The notes beneath the pieces are model-generated. The model was not told the DNA's origin, did not search any database, and was given only the letters and a program-made list of their open reading frames with translations. DNA of 64,000 nt from Prorocentrum cordatum (Eukaryota). Of the stretch, positions 13,976 through 26,419 are shown in pieces; the stretch's first letter is position 1; every line of letters starts with the position of its first letter. The position numbers and the translations under genes were made by a program. The stretch spans positions 1 through 64,000 of the forward strand of contig CAUYUJ010000183.1 in assembly GCA_963575745.1 (NCBI GenBank), given 5' to 3'.

Positions 13976-14942
13976 CTTCCAGCAGCATACATTGGGAACT
14001 TAATGGCAGGGTGTGTTGCAATATCGTTGTGTCTTGGATTTACTCTTGTCCTCCTCCTTTCCCTGGCTCCTGGCTCATTCTGCCCCCTGCTCCAGAAGCC
14101 CCCCCTCCTAGTAAGGAAGAAGAACATGAACAGGATGGGCAGGATGAGAGGGGGGGGCGGAAAGGACAAAGAGCAGCATGAGGGAAATGTCTCAGACGAT
14201 TCACAGGACCCCGAACGGTGTAGACACCTTCCCCGGTACCCGCTTGTCAACCTGGGATTTTGATGATGGCCCTGGCACCTGGCGAAGGCCTCTGCAGGGG
14301 ACCCGAAAGGGCCGACACGACATGGTACAAAAAGGTCGGGGATGAGAAAGGCACTGAATCTCAAACCCTGTTGGCCGAATCCCGGCTTGGGAACGGCATG
14401 AATCAGATCGGATGACAAGCATCACCGCTACCACAGACATGTACAATCAGACGAGACAAACGATCGCAAACCACATTCTGGGCAACCAGGCAAGGAAGCC
14501 CACCTGCGCCAAAACTTTGTCGCTTTTCGGCTGAATGTGGACACATTAGCAATCAGGAATGCATGAAGGAATCACATAACAAGGTGATATACGTGCCAGT
14601 AGGTGTATACATAAACATGGTGTGCGTACAACTTCGTGCGTGAATGATGTAAGATTTGAACCTCGACAGAACGACTAGAGGCGATCGACTCGGTGTTTGC
14701 CAGCGTGGGCCTAAAACAGTCAGATGTTGCACTCTGGATGTGCAAGCTTTGTGGTGTGATACACAAAAGGGTGATCTATGTGATGTGATGTGAGCTGTGA
14801 GATGCAAACTCTGCAGCGCAACATGTGTAGTGCCATATCCGCCACCGCGTGCCCCAGGTCGCTTGCCTAATCCCTCAAGTCTCAGTCCTCAATGACGAGG
14901 ATTATCTCAAGGGCCTGGACCACAACTAGAAAAGAAAAACTG

Positions 14943-15107
14943 CATAAACATAAACTTGTGGCGCTCCGCGCGGATTTCTTGGACATGCGCTGGACCCCCC
15001 TTCCCAGCGCACGGAGCGCGCCAGGGGCGGCGCCGGAGGCGCCGCGGGGGTGGGCCCAGCGCAGATTCAAAAAATCCGCGCGCAGCGCCAACAGTTTATG
15101 ATGTATG
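14943..15107. mobile_element. Foldback/MITE-like element with ~60-bp imperfect terminal inverted repeats
   Basis: Left CATAAACATAAACTTGTGGCGCTCCGCGCGGATTTCTTG; reverse complement of right end CATACATCATAAACTGTTGGCGCTGCGCGCGGATTTTTTG. Confidence 0.7.
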
Positions 15108-17706
15108 ATAAAACCTGTTCTCTTCTTCAATGATTAACGCGTGGACCACAACTTCCTGGGGTTCCCGGCGCACCTGGGGCGCATCGAGTGTTGCAGAAGA
15201 TTTTGGGGCCAACGAGGGCGCCAGGAGGCCGAACGGACGGTCCAAGACGGCATCAAAGTCGCCGAGTGCACGCTCCAAGACGGCTCAAAGCAGGGCCCTA
15301 AGACGGCCGCAGAGGCCCCCAGAACGGCCCAAGAGGCAAAATCAGGGATTTCCCGTGAGGTTGTCAATGTGTTTGCGGTTCTCGACTTTTCGAGCTTCCG
15401 GCGCTCCAAGACGTCCCAAAGAGGCCCCCAAGACGGCCAAGAGGCCCCCAAGAAGGCCACAAGACGGCCCAAGAAGGCCCCAAGACGGCCCTAGAAGCGC
15501 CCAAGGCGGCCCTAGAAGCGCCCAAGGCGGCCCAAGTTGGCCACAAGAGAGACCCAAGAGTGGGAGCCCGAACCAACAGTTCGAGCTTCCGTCCCAAGAT
15601 GCTCCCAGGAGGCCCAAAGAGCCACCCAAGAGGCCCCAAGGAGACCTCCAAGACGCCCCACGGGGCCCCAAAAAAGAGCATCCTAAAGGCCCCCGAGAGA
15701 CCTCCCGCGACATCCTAACGAACAGCCTAGAGGCCTATGACCCACAACCCAGGCACGGTGGCAGGATGGGTCGAAGGCCATTAGATATGTGGTGTGAGAT
15801 ATACGGTGTAAGTTATGTGGTTTCACCTACGTCGTGGTCTAATCGATGTGGTGTCAGCAATGTGGTGCAACGTGTGCGTTGTAAGCTGTGTGGTATAAAC
15901 CAGGTGGGTGCGGTCTGCGTGGTGTGAGCTCTGTGGTGCAAACTTGTATCTGTGGTGCAAATCTAATTGGTGTAAGATGGACGCCATGCGCCGTTGAAGC
16001 TACGTGGCTCAACCTAAGTGTGGTGCGAGCTACGACGCGTGAGCCATGCGGTGCAGCCGCTGTGATGTGAGCTGTCCGGTGCACGCACGGTGCGGCCACG
16101 GGGCGGCCACGGGCGACGGCGTGGCGAAACCTTGCCGGCTTCGGTGGCCCATCCAGCGCAAGATGCGGCCACGAGGCGGCCACAGGCGATCCCGTGGCGA
16201 ACACCTCCCTGGAGCCGCCCAGCGCACGAGGCGGCCGCGAGGCAGCCACGGGCGACAACGTGGAGAAGTCCTCGCTGGACCCATCCGAATCCAATCCTCT
16301 AATTAGGGGTGCAAACCAGAGCCCCCAAGTGCAAGCACTATTTTTTGGGGGTCGGAATAGCGGAGTTATTGCCTGGCACGAATCCGCCCGCGCTGGTAAC
16401 GACCCCGCGGCTGGCCGCGGGGGCGCCCTCGCTCGGCTGGTCGGCCGCGCGCTGGCCGACCCGCGTCCGCCTCCTGCTCGCGTCGTGTGGTGCGGTGCCG
16501 TGCCGTGCTTCCTCCGCCTGGTACTAGGGCGGAATATAAATACCGTGCCGTGTGTCGGGTTTCGGCCCTCCGCCCGCTGGGGCTTCGTTCGGCCCATAGT
16601 GGCTTCGTTCGGCCCATAGTGGCTCCGTTGCGGCCCATAGCGGCCTGCTGCGTTCACTTGCCCAATGGGGCCCTCTCCTCAGGTCCTCGCTTTGGACTCC
16701 CCCGGTCCGCCGTGACCTCGCGCCCAGTGGGGCCTCTTCCCTGGTCCATGGCGGCCACTTGCCTTCGGGTCCACTGCGACCACGCCCGCTGGGGTCCCAG
16801 GTCCTGGGTGGCTCAGGGGAGCTTGCTGCGTTGTGCCCCTTCGTGGCCCGTAGTGGCCATCAGCTGACGTGCAGCTCTCCTCTCGTCCTCCTGGCGCGTC
16901 GGCGTGCAGGCGCGCGGGCTTTCAGCTGGCGTGCAGCTCTCGCCGGTCGCGCGGGATTCCTGCGTGCGCCCCGTGGCGCTGAGCTTGCGTTGGCGATGCT
17001 TGCCCTCTTGCAAGCTGACCCTGTTGTGGGCGCGAAGTGGAGTGAGATCCAGTTCAAGGGCGCGGTTGATTTGAAGGGGAACTGGGACACACAAATAAAT
17101 ACACACAAATAAAAATATCCCCCATATTTTCCCATATTTTCTGGGTTTTTGTCTTCCCCCCCACTTCCCATATTTTCCCATATTTTCTGGGAATCGAGGA
17201 TTAATTGTGTCTGTGTGTTTCTTTTCCTCCTGATGATTGCCTGGCAGCCAATGGGCTGATGACAGCGGCCTCCCCCCGGTCGGCGACGACCGACGACGGG
17301 GAGGACGACGACGTCGACGAGGTGGCGGACGGTCGGATCGAGACGGATCCTGGTCGGGGCGGGTCGGGGCCCGGGGCCGCGGAGAGAAAGCGAAGGAGGG
17401 ACGGATCGACGACGAGATGCCGAAATCCCCCGGGACCCCCCTGGAGCCACCAGGGATCTCGGAGGGCGCCCAGAAACCGAAACAGGCAGAAACAAAACAT
17501 CGGAAGCCGCCGATGAGCACATCAAAACAAACAATCACCAAACATCTGTCTCCAGACCGCTTCCAGGGTCCATCCGACGCAGCTGTTCGCCCTGGATCGA
17601 TTTCCGGCGGCCCCGGGGCCCAGAAGCGGCCTCCAGGGGCCGAACATAACGAAAAACCTTCTCGAATCTCGACGCCTCGATCGTCGAACGACGCCTCGAT
17701 CGTCGA

Positions 17707-17773
<67 letters not shown>

Positions 17774-17892
17774 CGCGGCCAGGGCCGTCGCAACCTCGAC
17801 GCCCTGGGCCCCCGCCGCGGGTGGCCCTGCTCCTCGTTCCTCCCCCTCTTCCCCCTCCTCTTTCTCCCCCTCCCTTTTCTTCTCTTCCAACG

Positions 17893-18304
17893 CAGACCCC
17901 CTCGAGTAATGAAAAAATCACGACGGGAGGTTTTTCCTAATTTTCGGCCTCCGGGGGCCCTCGCCGGACCTCGGGACCGTGAAAAAACGACTCAGGATGC
18001 AAAGCCGGTCCAGGGGAATGGGTCGAGACCTCCAGGGGTCGACGTAATGAAAAAATTAACAGGGGATGTGTCGACCCCTATCCCAGGCTTCGTGGGGTTT
18101 CCAAATGGACCAGAAATTTGGGGCCCAACCCTGGGATATACGATGGGGGGGGTGTCCATGCTCGACAGGGGTGCGTCCGAATAGCCCCCTCGGGATGTAT
18201 CCCAAGATTCCTCCCCTTTTCTGAGCGACCAAACTTTTCTGGCGGAAGTCGGGGATTGGGGGAGAGAAATCGCCTGCGAAAAATCATGACGTCGGGGGTC
18301 TGGG
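17893..18304 (+). mobile_element. MITE family A-related element with an extra ~230-bp internal segment
   Basis: Shares the AAATCACGACGGGAGG...GGGACCGTGAAAAAACGACTCAGG core; ends CAGACCCC / GGGGTCTGGG. Part of the internal segment recurs at ~28800-28880. Confidence 0.6.
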
Positions 18305-18339
18305 AACGCAGACGGGGCGCCCAGCGTCGCAATCGAACT

Positions 18340-18675
18340 GAACTGGACCGGTCGGACCGAACCGAACGGGACCGGTCAATCGAATCGAGCCGCCCCGGCT
18401 CCTCCTCCTCCTCCTCTTCCTCCTCCTCCTCCTCCGAGACATCGGCATCGAACGGAGGGCAACGAAATCGGATCGGCTCGGGTCGGAACCGCTCCTCGAC
18501 GGCGATCTGGCCGGAACAAGACCGAACCGGAACAGGAACCGGTCCGAACCGGAAACAAAAAATAGACGCACCGAACCGAACCGAACCGAACCGAACCGGA
18601 AGATTACGACACCGAACCGAACCGAACCGAACCGGAGGCACTTCGGAACCTAACCGAACCGAACCGAACCGGAAC
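18340..18675. repeat. (GAACC)n pentamer-rich repeat
   Basis: Direct reading (CCGAACCGAACCGAACC). Confidence 0.85.
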
Positions 18676-18692
18676 TTTCCTGTTCCTCTGCC

Positions 18693-18729
18693 CTTGATCG
18701 CAAAATCCTTGAGCCAAAACGGCTACGGC
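18693..18729 (-). other. Genomic dinoflagellate spliced-leader copy (18708-18729, one mismatch) followed by a degenerate second relic
   Basis: Minus strand reads GCCGTAGCCGTTTTGGCTCAAG-GATTTTGCGATCAAG; DinoSL is DCCGTAGCCATTTTGGCTCAAG. Confidence 0.85.
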
Positions 18730-19226
18730 AAGTGCAAGCACTGTTTGGGGGACACAAAAACAAAAAACAACCCAGTGGCACCCCGCCGAGTTGCAACGAC
18801 TCAAAGGTGCGACCTGTAAAAGGGGCGAGCAGCTCGATCGACACGCGCGCCCGCGTCGCCCGCCAACCGCTCCTTGAGATTGCCCCTCCCCCACCCCAAC
18901 GCGCCTCAGGTCGCCGCTGCTCGCAGTTTCCAGAGGCCTCGACGGAGGCACGGGGCGGGGGGAGGCTGTAGGGATGGAGAGGGGGAGGGGAGGGAGGCAC
19001 CCGTGCGAGCGGAAAACCGACTCGGTGAGCTGGCCCAATGGCGCTTCACGGCGCACCCACAGCTGAAGCCGAAGCCCTGAAGTGCATAGGAAAACAGTCG
19101 TTGAGCGGTGCTGCAGCCTCCCCGGAGCACAGGTCACCCCCCAGAAGCCGATAATACGAGTCCACGAGAAGCTGTAAAAAACTACTGGGCCAATGACTAT
19201 ATAGATATATATATATATATATAAAA

Positions 19227-19271
<45 letters not shown>

Positions 19272-19754
19272 AGCTGCCCAAAATCGCCGGAGCGGCGTCT
19301 TTCGATGTCACGCGAATCAAAGCAGGCGACCCGAAGCTGAAACTCCGCAGCTCAGTAGCCTCCGTAGCCGCGGGGGGAGAACCATAAATCTTGCGCCGCC
19401 AGGGGCGCTGTTCGCACCATCCCCCCCTTAGAGAGGACATGGCGGGGTCCTCCCTTTTCGGTCGGCGCGGAAATGATTCGAACTTGTTCCAAACTTTGTC
19501 CGAACTCTTTTCTCGCCGCCGATCTTTACCCGAACTTTTTCCGAACTTCAGAATTTCAACAACCTTGAACTTGAACTTCGTAAGATGACTTTGTTATCAC
19601 GATGACCGTTTCTGCCCCATCAGCCACTTACAAAGAAAACCTTACGGCAGGTTTGGGTCGTGACGGTCCTGGCGCCGGCTTCTGCCACCGCGGCTTCCCG
19701 AGGGCGCAGATCGTTCGACGTCGGCCGGTCCCGGGCCTCCGGCGGCGTTGAATC

Positions 19755-19915
19755 TTAGTTTTGGTAGGGTCCTGTTTAGTTTTCCTAGGGTCTCGTTTAG
19801 TTTTGCTAGGGTCCTGTTTAGTTTTCCTGGGGTCTCGTTTAGTTTTGGTCGGGTCCTGTTTAGTTGTCCTAGGGTCTCGTTTAGTTTTGCTAGGGTCCTG
19901 TTTAGTTTTCCTGGG
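19755..19915. repeat. 21-bp units in a 42-bp higher-order repeat (TTTAGTTTTGCTAGGGTCCTG / TTTAGTTTTCCTRGGGTCTCG)
   Basis: About 7-8 monomers. They lie downstream of a MITE-B-like terminus (TACGGCAGGTTTGGGTCGTG at ~19643). Confidence 0.85.
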
Positions 19916-20599
19916 GTCACCGTTGCCTCGACATGACAGGTGGGAGGCCGAGGACGGAGGGACGGAGGTGGAGAAATTTGGGGAGGACCGGAGTGGAGGG
20001 GACGAGGAGGAGGGGACGGAGGGATGGAGGGAGGCGCGAGGGTGGATGCGCTGCTCAGGTGGGAGGAGGAGGACGGAGGCATGGAGAGCCAGGAGGGGAC
20101 GGAGGGATGGAGGGAGGCGCGAGGATGGATGCGCTGCTCAGGTGGGAGGAGGAGGACGGAGGCATGGAGGGCCAGGCAGGCCGTGCACACAGCGGGAGGT
20201 TGCGATGGGCCTTTCCCCCAGCCATGCTGTGGTCTGGGGTCCCTGCTTTGAAGCAGCAGAGCTGTGCGCAACTCCTCCCGCCACCTCCCTCCCTCCCTCC
20301 GCTCTCCTCCCTCCTCCTCGTCATCCTCACTCACAACCGAACTGTGGCGTTGGGCCCTCTTTTTGGAACAGCAGGGGTCCGCGACATTCCTCCCTCTTTC
20401 CCTTCCTCCTCCCATCTCCCTCCTCGGCCCATTCAGACGTTCGACGACGACCGACCTCCTCCTCCTCCTCCTTCTCCTCCTCCTCCTCCTCCTCCTCCTC
20501 CTCCTCCTCCTCACCCTCATTCCCAACCATCCGGTGGTGACGAGTCGTCGTTTTGACTCAGCAGAGACCCGCGTCACTCCTCACGCCTCCTCCATCGCT

Positions 20600-21000
20600 C
20601 CCGTGCACGCTTTGTGGCCCCATCGGGAACTCTACCGAGGGCCCTCGTGGCAGGGTTCGCCCGCGCTCCCGCCTCCCATTTCGACCCCCTCCCCCCTCAA
20701 ACGTTTCGTGGCTCCACGGGGACTGGCATTTCACCGAAGGCCCCAGCGGCAGGGTTCGCACGCGCTGCCGCATCTCATGCCGGCACTCCCCCGACACGTT
20801 TCGACGAAATGTGCCGACGAATCGTGGCCCCGCATGGAGCTCCACCGAAGGCCCCAGTGGCAGGGTACGCGCGCCCTCCCGCCTCCCATTTCGGCACACC
20901 CCTCACGCGCTCCGTGGGCCCCGTAGGAAACTCCACCGAAGGCCCCCAAACGGTTGGGCCCTTTTCGGCGCACCTCTCACACGCTTCGTGGCCCCGAGTT
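20600..21000 (-). repeat. Diverged inverted copies of the 90-bp GGGGCCACGAA satellite
   Basis: Recurrent GTGGCCCC...GAGCTCCACCGAAGGCCCC, the reverse complement of the 38965-40262 unit core. Confidence 0.7.
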
Positions 21001-21179
21001 CCCCCTCCCTTCGCCCTACTTGCCCTGCGGGACTCACACTTGCATACGGCTGGGCCCTTCGCCAGGATAAGTTGCTTCTTCTCCGCGCGGCCTGACCGGT
21101 CCTCTCTCTTCAGAGCTCTTTTGAGCTCACCTGCAGCACAGGCCACGCCAGGACGAGAAAGCCCTGAAAGGAGGATAGG

Positions 21180-21366
21180 ACCCAGACGCCCGACGTCATG
21201 ATTTTGGCATAACGTGGGCCCTCAGAGGTCTCGACCCATTCCCCTGGACCGGTTCTCCATCCTGAGTCGTTTTTTGACGGTCCCGAGGGCCGGTACGGGC
21301 CTCCAGAGGCCGAGACTCAGGCAAAACCTCCCGTCATGACTTCTTCATTGCCCCAAGGGGTCTGGG
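21180..21366 (-). mobile_element. MITE family A subfamily copy
   Basis: Ends CCCAGACGCCCGACGTC / GGGGTCTGGG; internal CCTGAGTCGTTTTTTGACGGTCCCGAGG shared with other family A copies. Confidence 0.65.
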
Positions 21367-21719
21367 GAGGGAGAGGGGGGAGGAACCCGACTGGGGTCGC
21401 AGAAGGACCCGCTGCGAGCCCAGGTGGCGGCAGCGCTTCTACCAGGCGGGTGGGCTCGTGGCCCCACGCGTCGCGCCCAGGCGGCAGAGCGAGCGCGGGG
21501 CCGCCGGCCGCGGCCGCGGCTCCTGCCCGCGCCCCGCTTGCACAGCCCCTCGCCGTCGGCGTCGGGCTCCTCCTCGGTGCCCTCGCCCAGTGGTGCATTC
21601 CACTCGCGCTGCTTCACCCTCCTCCGGAGAGGCACGCGCTCGAGCCCGACCGTCTCCTCGCTCTCCCGTGGCTCGAGATCGCCTGGGGCCACCGCTCGGG
21701 GTCAGGAGGGGGGCGAGTA

Positions 21720-22895
21720 CCAAACCGCCCGTCGCCAGGCCTGAGCAGATGAGCATCGCCAAGCGGATGCCGTCTGGCGTCGCGGGCTGCCCAATCACGA
21801 AAGGCATGACCATGGGGCCGATTGTCGCACCGAGCTTCCCCGCTGCAGCCGAACAGCCATGCAAACCGGCTTTGGCCTGAGAAGGGTCCGGCCCTCCAGG
21901 AATTGCGCACGTGGAAACATCGAGCCCAGCATCTGCGAAGAAAACCATCAACCCATAAACAATAACGAAGAGTCCAGGCAGATCCTTAGACTGGAAACGA
22001 GTCTCCCACACACTCCGAACCAGAGGCTTATGCTGCAGAGTATGTGAATATGAGTGGCCTTACTGCCTGACTGGTGAATGAGTGCGACGCCCACGAAACA
22101 GCCAGGGAGCATGATGAGTGGTTGAGAACTGCCACGAGAGTTTTCAGCATCACCGACTTGAGGCCACCAGGCCCCACACCAATCATTCTGAGGGCGTCAG
22201 CATTGAAGAGGGAATTCGCGTAGAAAACTATGTCGAAGATGAGCATACTGCACACGGTCCCCAAGACGTGACATGCGTACGGGTACGCAATTGAAGCAAT
22301 GTCCACACCGCGGGCGCCATAGACCCTGGACTCCAGCACCTTAGTAAAATCGTAGCTCACGTGAATCTTCACGCAGAAGAGCCAAGAGAGACTTGGCAAA
22401 ACCATGCCACAAAAATGGGAAACGCTAACAACAACAACAATTACACCTCCATGCAGGCCGGTATCATCATGATGCTTGGGGCCAACAGATACCCGAACCC
22501 CTGGTTCGGGAAGAGCAATACGACATAATCGTCGCTCGCTTGCGCGGTGCTGTACCCTCTGCGCCGATGCCGATGCCGACGCCGAGGATACAACAGATCA
22601 CGACGAGCTGGTTGAGCATGAAGTCAGGCCCCTGCCCAAGCGTCTGGAGAGGACAAATCGTCAAAGACGCCAAAACTACCAATGAAGATGAACATGTTCC
22701 TGCGCCCAATCCGGTCCGCAAAAATTCCACAAATGATCTGTCACGCTACCGCGCCCCAAAGAGCGGCAGACGGAAACATTGCGAAGAACCCCTTAAACTC
22801 CTCCTCCGTTACGCAGTCGCCCTCGTCATTCGACCAGCCATAGACATAGTTCGTCTCGAGGACCTTCTCCACCTCGCCGATGAGGTAGAGGTCTT
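21720..22895 (-). pseudogene. Intronless, frameshifted MFS inorganic phosphate:H+ symporter (Pht1/PHO84-like) pseudogene
   Basis: Minus-strand fragments in collinear order: DLYLIGEV; GAVA*QIICGIFADRIGRRNMF (MFS motif A); ILGVGIG...RKRATIMS; LGTVCSMLIFDIVFYANSLFN; HGCSAAAGKLGATIG. These resemble the Pht1 motifs DLFCIS, GQLFFGWLGDKLGRK, LLDIAFYSQNLF and HGISAAAGKAGA. Stops and frameshifts are present. Confidence 0.8.
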
Positions 22896-22899
22896 ATAG

Positions 22900-23101
22900 A
22901 GGCCTCCCAGATGGGGTCCGAGTAGATGAGGTCGGAGGATCGCGTCGCATCGACGATGCATCGGCGATGCATCGGCGATGCAGCGGCGACGTCGCCGATG
23001 AATCGGCGACGCCAGCGCGAACAAAAGTCGGGCTCCTCATCGAGCCGCCGATGCGGCGCGATCCTTCGACCCCATCTGCTCGGACACCGTCTGGGAGGCC
23101 T
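22900..23101. mobile_element. Foldback/MITE with ~55-bp TIRs abutting the 5' end of the phosphate transporter remnant
   Basis: AGGCCTCCCAGATGGGGTCCGAGTAGATGAGGTCGGAGGATCGCG versus reverse complement of the right end AGGCCTCCCAGACGGTGTCCGAGCAGATGGGGTCGAAGGATCGCG. Confidence 0.8.
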
Positions 23102-23225
23102 GGATCTCAGCCTCCCGCCAAGAGACCGCTACCACCCACGGTCACCAGGGCCCACCTCTGTCTGCAGACAGTCCAGAAAGACATCCCAGGTGGTGCAGCT
23201 CGCCCTGGCGGGGGCGTGGCCCTGT

Positions 23226-23302
23226 ATAAATATATATATATATAGAGAGAGAGAGAGACATACATAGATATATATAGATATAGATATAGATATCGATAGA
23301 TC

Positions 23303-23333
<31 letters not shown>

Positions 23334-23415
23334 GTAGCATAAAGATACATAAACATATAGAATATATATATGTCCATACATATATGCATATATATAGATA
23401 GATAGATAGATCGAT

Positions 23416-23472
<57 letters not shown>
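23226..23472. repeat. (TA)n/(GATA)n microsatellite
   Basis: Direct reading. Confidence 0.9.
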
Positions 23473-23985
23473 AGAGGTGCAACTTGAGGCAAAGTGGCTA
23501 CGTAATGAGATGTTGTTGGGTGCCTTGTCGGGCCTCGGGCGCCACCACAGAGCACAAGGACTGTCACACCTCGGCCCGCGGTGTGTAAAGCCAGTCCCGT
23601 GGAAGGGGTCGCGACCTTCGCGGATCCACGTCGTCACACCTGCACGGATGGAGATAAAGGACCGGCCCTTCCCCCGAGCGACATCTGCATGCACATCCCA
23701 AAATGTTACTGCCACTTCCTGGCTGGGTGCTATCTGAGGCAGGGTCCCGGCCCACGTGCAACCACATGCAGGTGCCCATGAGCTGCAGCAGCCTACAGTT
23801 CGGTCTGTCCTGACCTGCGTCCAGGGCGCGGATGGAGATAAGAGGATGTGCGTGGCAATGATTTATGATCCTCGGGGGGCCTGTTGAGGCCAACCGGGAC
23901 TACCAGAGGGGGCTGCAAGCCAGTCCCGTGGAAGGGGTCGATGCCTTCGCGGATCCACGTCGTCACACCTGCACGGATGGAGATA

Positions 23986-24173
23986 CGGCAGGTTCGTGTC
24001 GTGCCGACCCCAGCGTTGGTTTTTGACACCGCAGGGATCGTTCCACCTTGAACGATCGGCCGCTGCCGCAACGTCCGATCGTTCAACATCGATCGATTCC
24101 GGGTCGCCGGCGGCGTTCAACCTTGAACGCCCGCGCTGGGGTCGCCGCTGGTCGACACGACGCAAACCTACCG
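23986..24173. mobile_element. MITE family B (188 bp, ~24-bp TIR CGGYAGGTTYGYGTCG), inserted at a TA dinucleotide
   Basis: Near-identical copy at 40790-40976; the empty site GGAGATA|AGAGGATGTG is present at 23834-23850. Confidence 0.85.
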
Positions 24174-26419
24174 TGAGAGGATGTGCGTGGCAAAGATTTG
24201 TGATCCTCGGGGGGCCTGTTGAGGCCAACCGGGACTACCAGAGGGGGCCGCCTGTGCGCAACCCGAAGCGCCCGACCACGGTGGAGACAGCGGCCTCAAG
24301 CGCACGGAAGGTTCTGCTGGGCTGCGCCCGATTTGCGCTCGCCGTTTGGTTTGCTGGCGGGGCCCAAGCAGCGAGCTGGCATGTATTCTCGTCAAAAAGC
24401 GAGGAGTGACGGGAGGAATGGACGCGTGGTGGTAGCAAAAGGCAGGGGGGCGCGCGCAGGGATGGACCCCACATCCGACGACGCGTTTATTTCAATCCGC
24501 GGCAATCCGCAGCCCCCAGACTCCCGCCCCTCTCTGGAAGGACAATTTTTCGTGCCATAACAATGTTTGATGACCCTGGGAGCGAACTGGGGATGCCGGA
24601 AGCCGAGAATGCGGACCAAACGCCAGGATGGAACAAGAACCATCCTGGGATGTCTGGGAGCGGGGGCCGCGAAGCGTGCGGCGACAGACCGGGCGGTGAC
24701 CTCGAACCCCCCGAGCACCTCACCGCACGGTTTTGGGGGCTTTTCGAGGCCCACGCCGCCCGAGACGCACCCTGACAGGAGAACCCAGAATCGAATCGAT
24801 CTGTCGGATCGGCGATCGAAATGAATCAGATCGGCGGAAATCGGCAGCCGAGTCGGGAGAAGTCGAATCGGCGGAAATCGGCAGGCTTGCAGGCCTCCGC
24901 TGAGAGATCGGAATCAAATCGGAATCCCAAGTCGAATCGAATCGGAATCGGAAGCCGCCGAAATCGATTCGAATCGAATCGGAGGAATCGAAATGACCCC
25001 TGTCTGGATGGGGACCCAGCACCCCGAAGCCCCGCCGAGTCACCGCGCGGCGTGGCCCCTCTGCACCGTTCTGGGGGCCCTCCGGCGGGAGCCGCGCGCG
25101 GACCGGCGGCCTCTCCGCCGCGCCGGTCTCGCCGCGGAAGTGCGGGCCTGGCGGAAGGCTGGGTGGGGGGGCAGAGGGTCCTCCTCCTCCTCCTCCTCCT
25201 CCTCCTCCTCCTCCTCCTCCTCCTCCTCCTCCTCCTCCTCCTCTCCTCCTCCTCCTCCTCCTCCTCCTCCTCCTCCTCCTCCTCCTCCTCTCCCTCCTCC
25301 TCCTCCTCCTCCTCCTCCTCCTCCTCCTCCTCCTCCTCCTCCTCCTCCTCCTCCTCCTCCTCCTCCTCCTCCTCCTCCTCCTCCTCCTCCTCCTCCTCCT
25401 CCTCCTCCTCCTCCTCCTCCTCCTCCTCCTCCTCCTCCTGGTCCCTGGCCCGCGCGCGGGGGTGGGCAGCCAGGGTGGGGCCGCAGGCCGGCGGTGAAGC
25501 GGCGCGGAGGGGAGAGCGAGGGAGACTGCAGCGGAAGCCCGTGCCAAGAGGCACCCTGCTCGCCTCCAGGGTGCCCCGGGCTTCCTGGGCTTCGATGGGT
25601 GTGCCATGGCATGCGTGGCGTTCCCACACCAGAAATCAAGCGGCATCCTGGGGTCTCGGGGCTGTTTTTTTTTGTGGACGGGTCCTTGTGGAGTGGCCTC
25701 CACTGCAGCAGGAGGACAGGGGGCTTATACAAGACCCCGCCGTTGGAGAAATACGCTGCCGAGAAAGCCCGCATGCTTATTTTAGTTATTATGTGGTCAT
25801 GTAGCATGAACGCACTATCCTGCTGTGTGAACGTTCAACGGCTATGTTGTTCAGAGTGTCATCAAACGCACAATGGCTTGAAGCCCTTCCCTCCTCTCCA
25901 TCATCTTTCCTCCAGCAGGGCGGGATGCAGAAAGGTTGCCGAAGGCCGTTCCCGGGAGCGGCATTTACAATGAAATGGTGCAAGATGTTGCCACGTCGCG
26001 GTGAACCAGGGCATCAGCTGTGAAACTCTGTGCATCGCGACCAGCAGCAAATGGCTCCTGACATGTGTTGCAGTCCCTTCCTCGTCCTCCTCCTCCTCCT
26101 CTTTCCTCCTCCTCCTCCTCCTCCTCCTCCTCCTCCTCCTCCTCCGCCTCCGCCTCCTCCTCCTCCTCCGCCTCCTCCTCCTCCTCCTCCTCCTCCTCCT
26201 CCTCCTCCTCCTCCTCCCAGCAGGACCTCTCTGCCGGCAGCCCTCCGTCGCGAGGCCCGCGCTGTCCCCGTCGGTCTGCTCCGCGGCCGGCTGCCTGTGA
26301 GGCCCCGCGGTGGCCACGGAAGGGGGGAGGGCGCCGGGGCAGCTCTGGTGGAGCGCACGAACAGGGGGGACGGCAGAGGGAAAAGGCCTTCGCAGAAGGC
26401 TCCAGGGACCTCTGGCCTT

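Noticed and set aside
15140..15790. K/R/P-rich 265-aa ORF
   Set aside because: Built from CCAAGA(C/G)GGCC oligomer repeats; probably a dispersed non-coding repeat.
19755..19915. Telomere-like TTTAG/TAGGG motifs
   Set aside because: Units are 21 bp, not tandem TTTAGGG.
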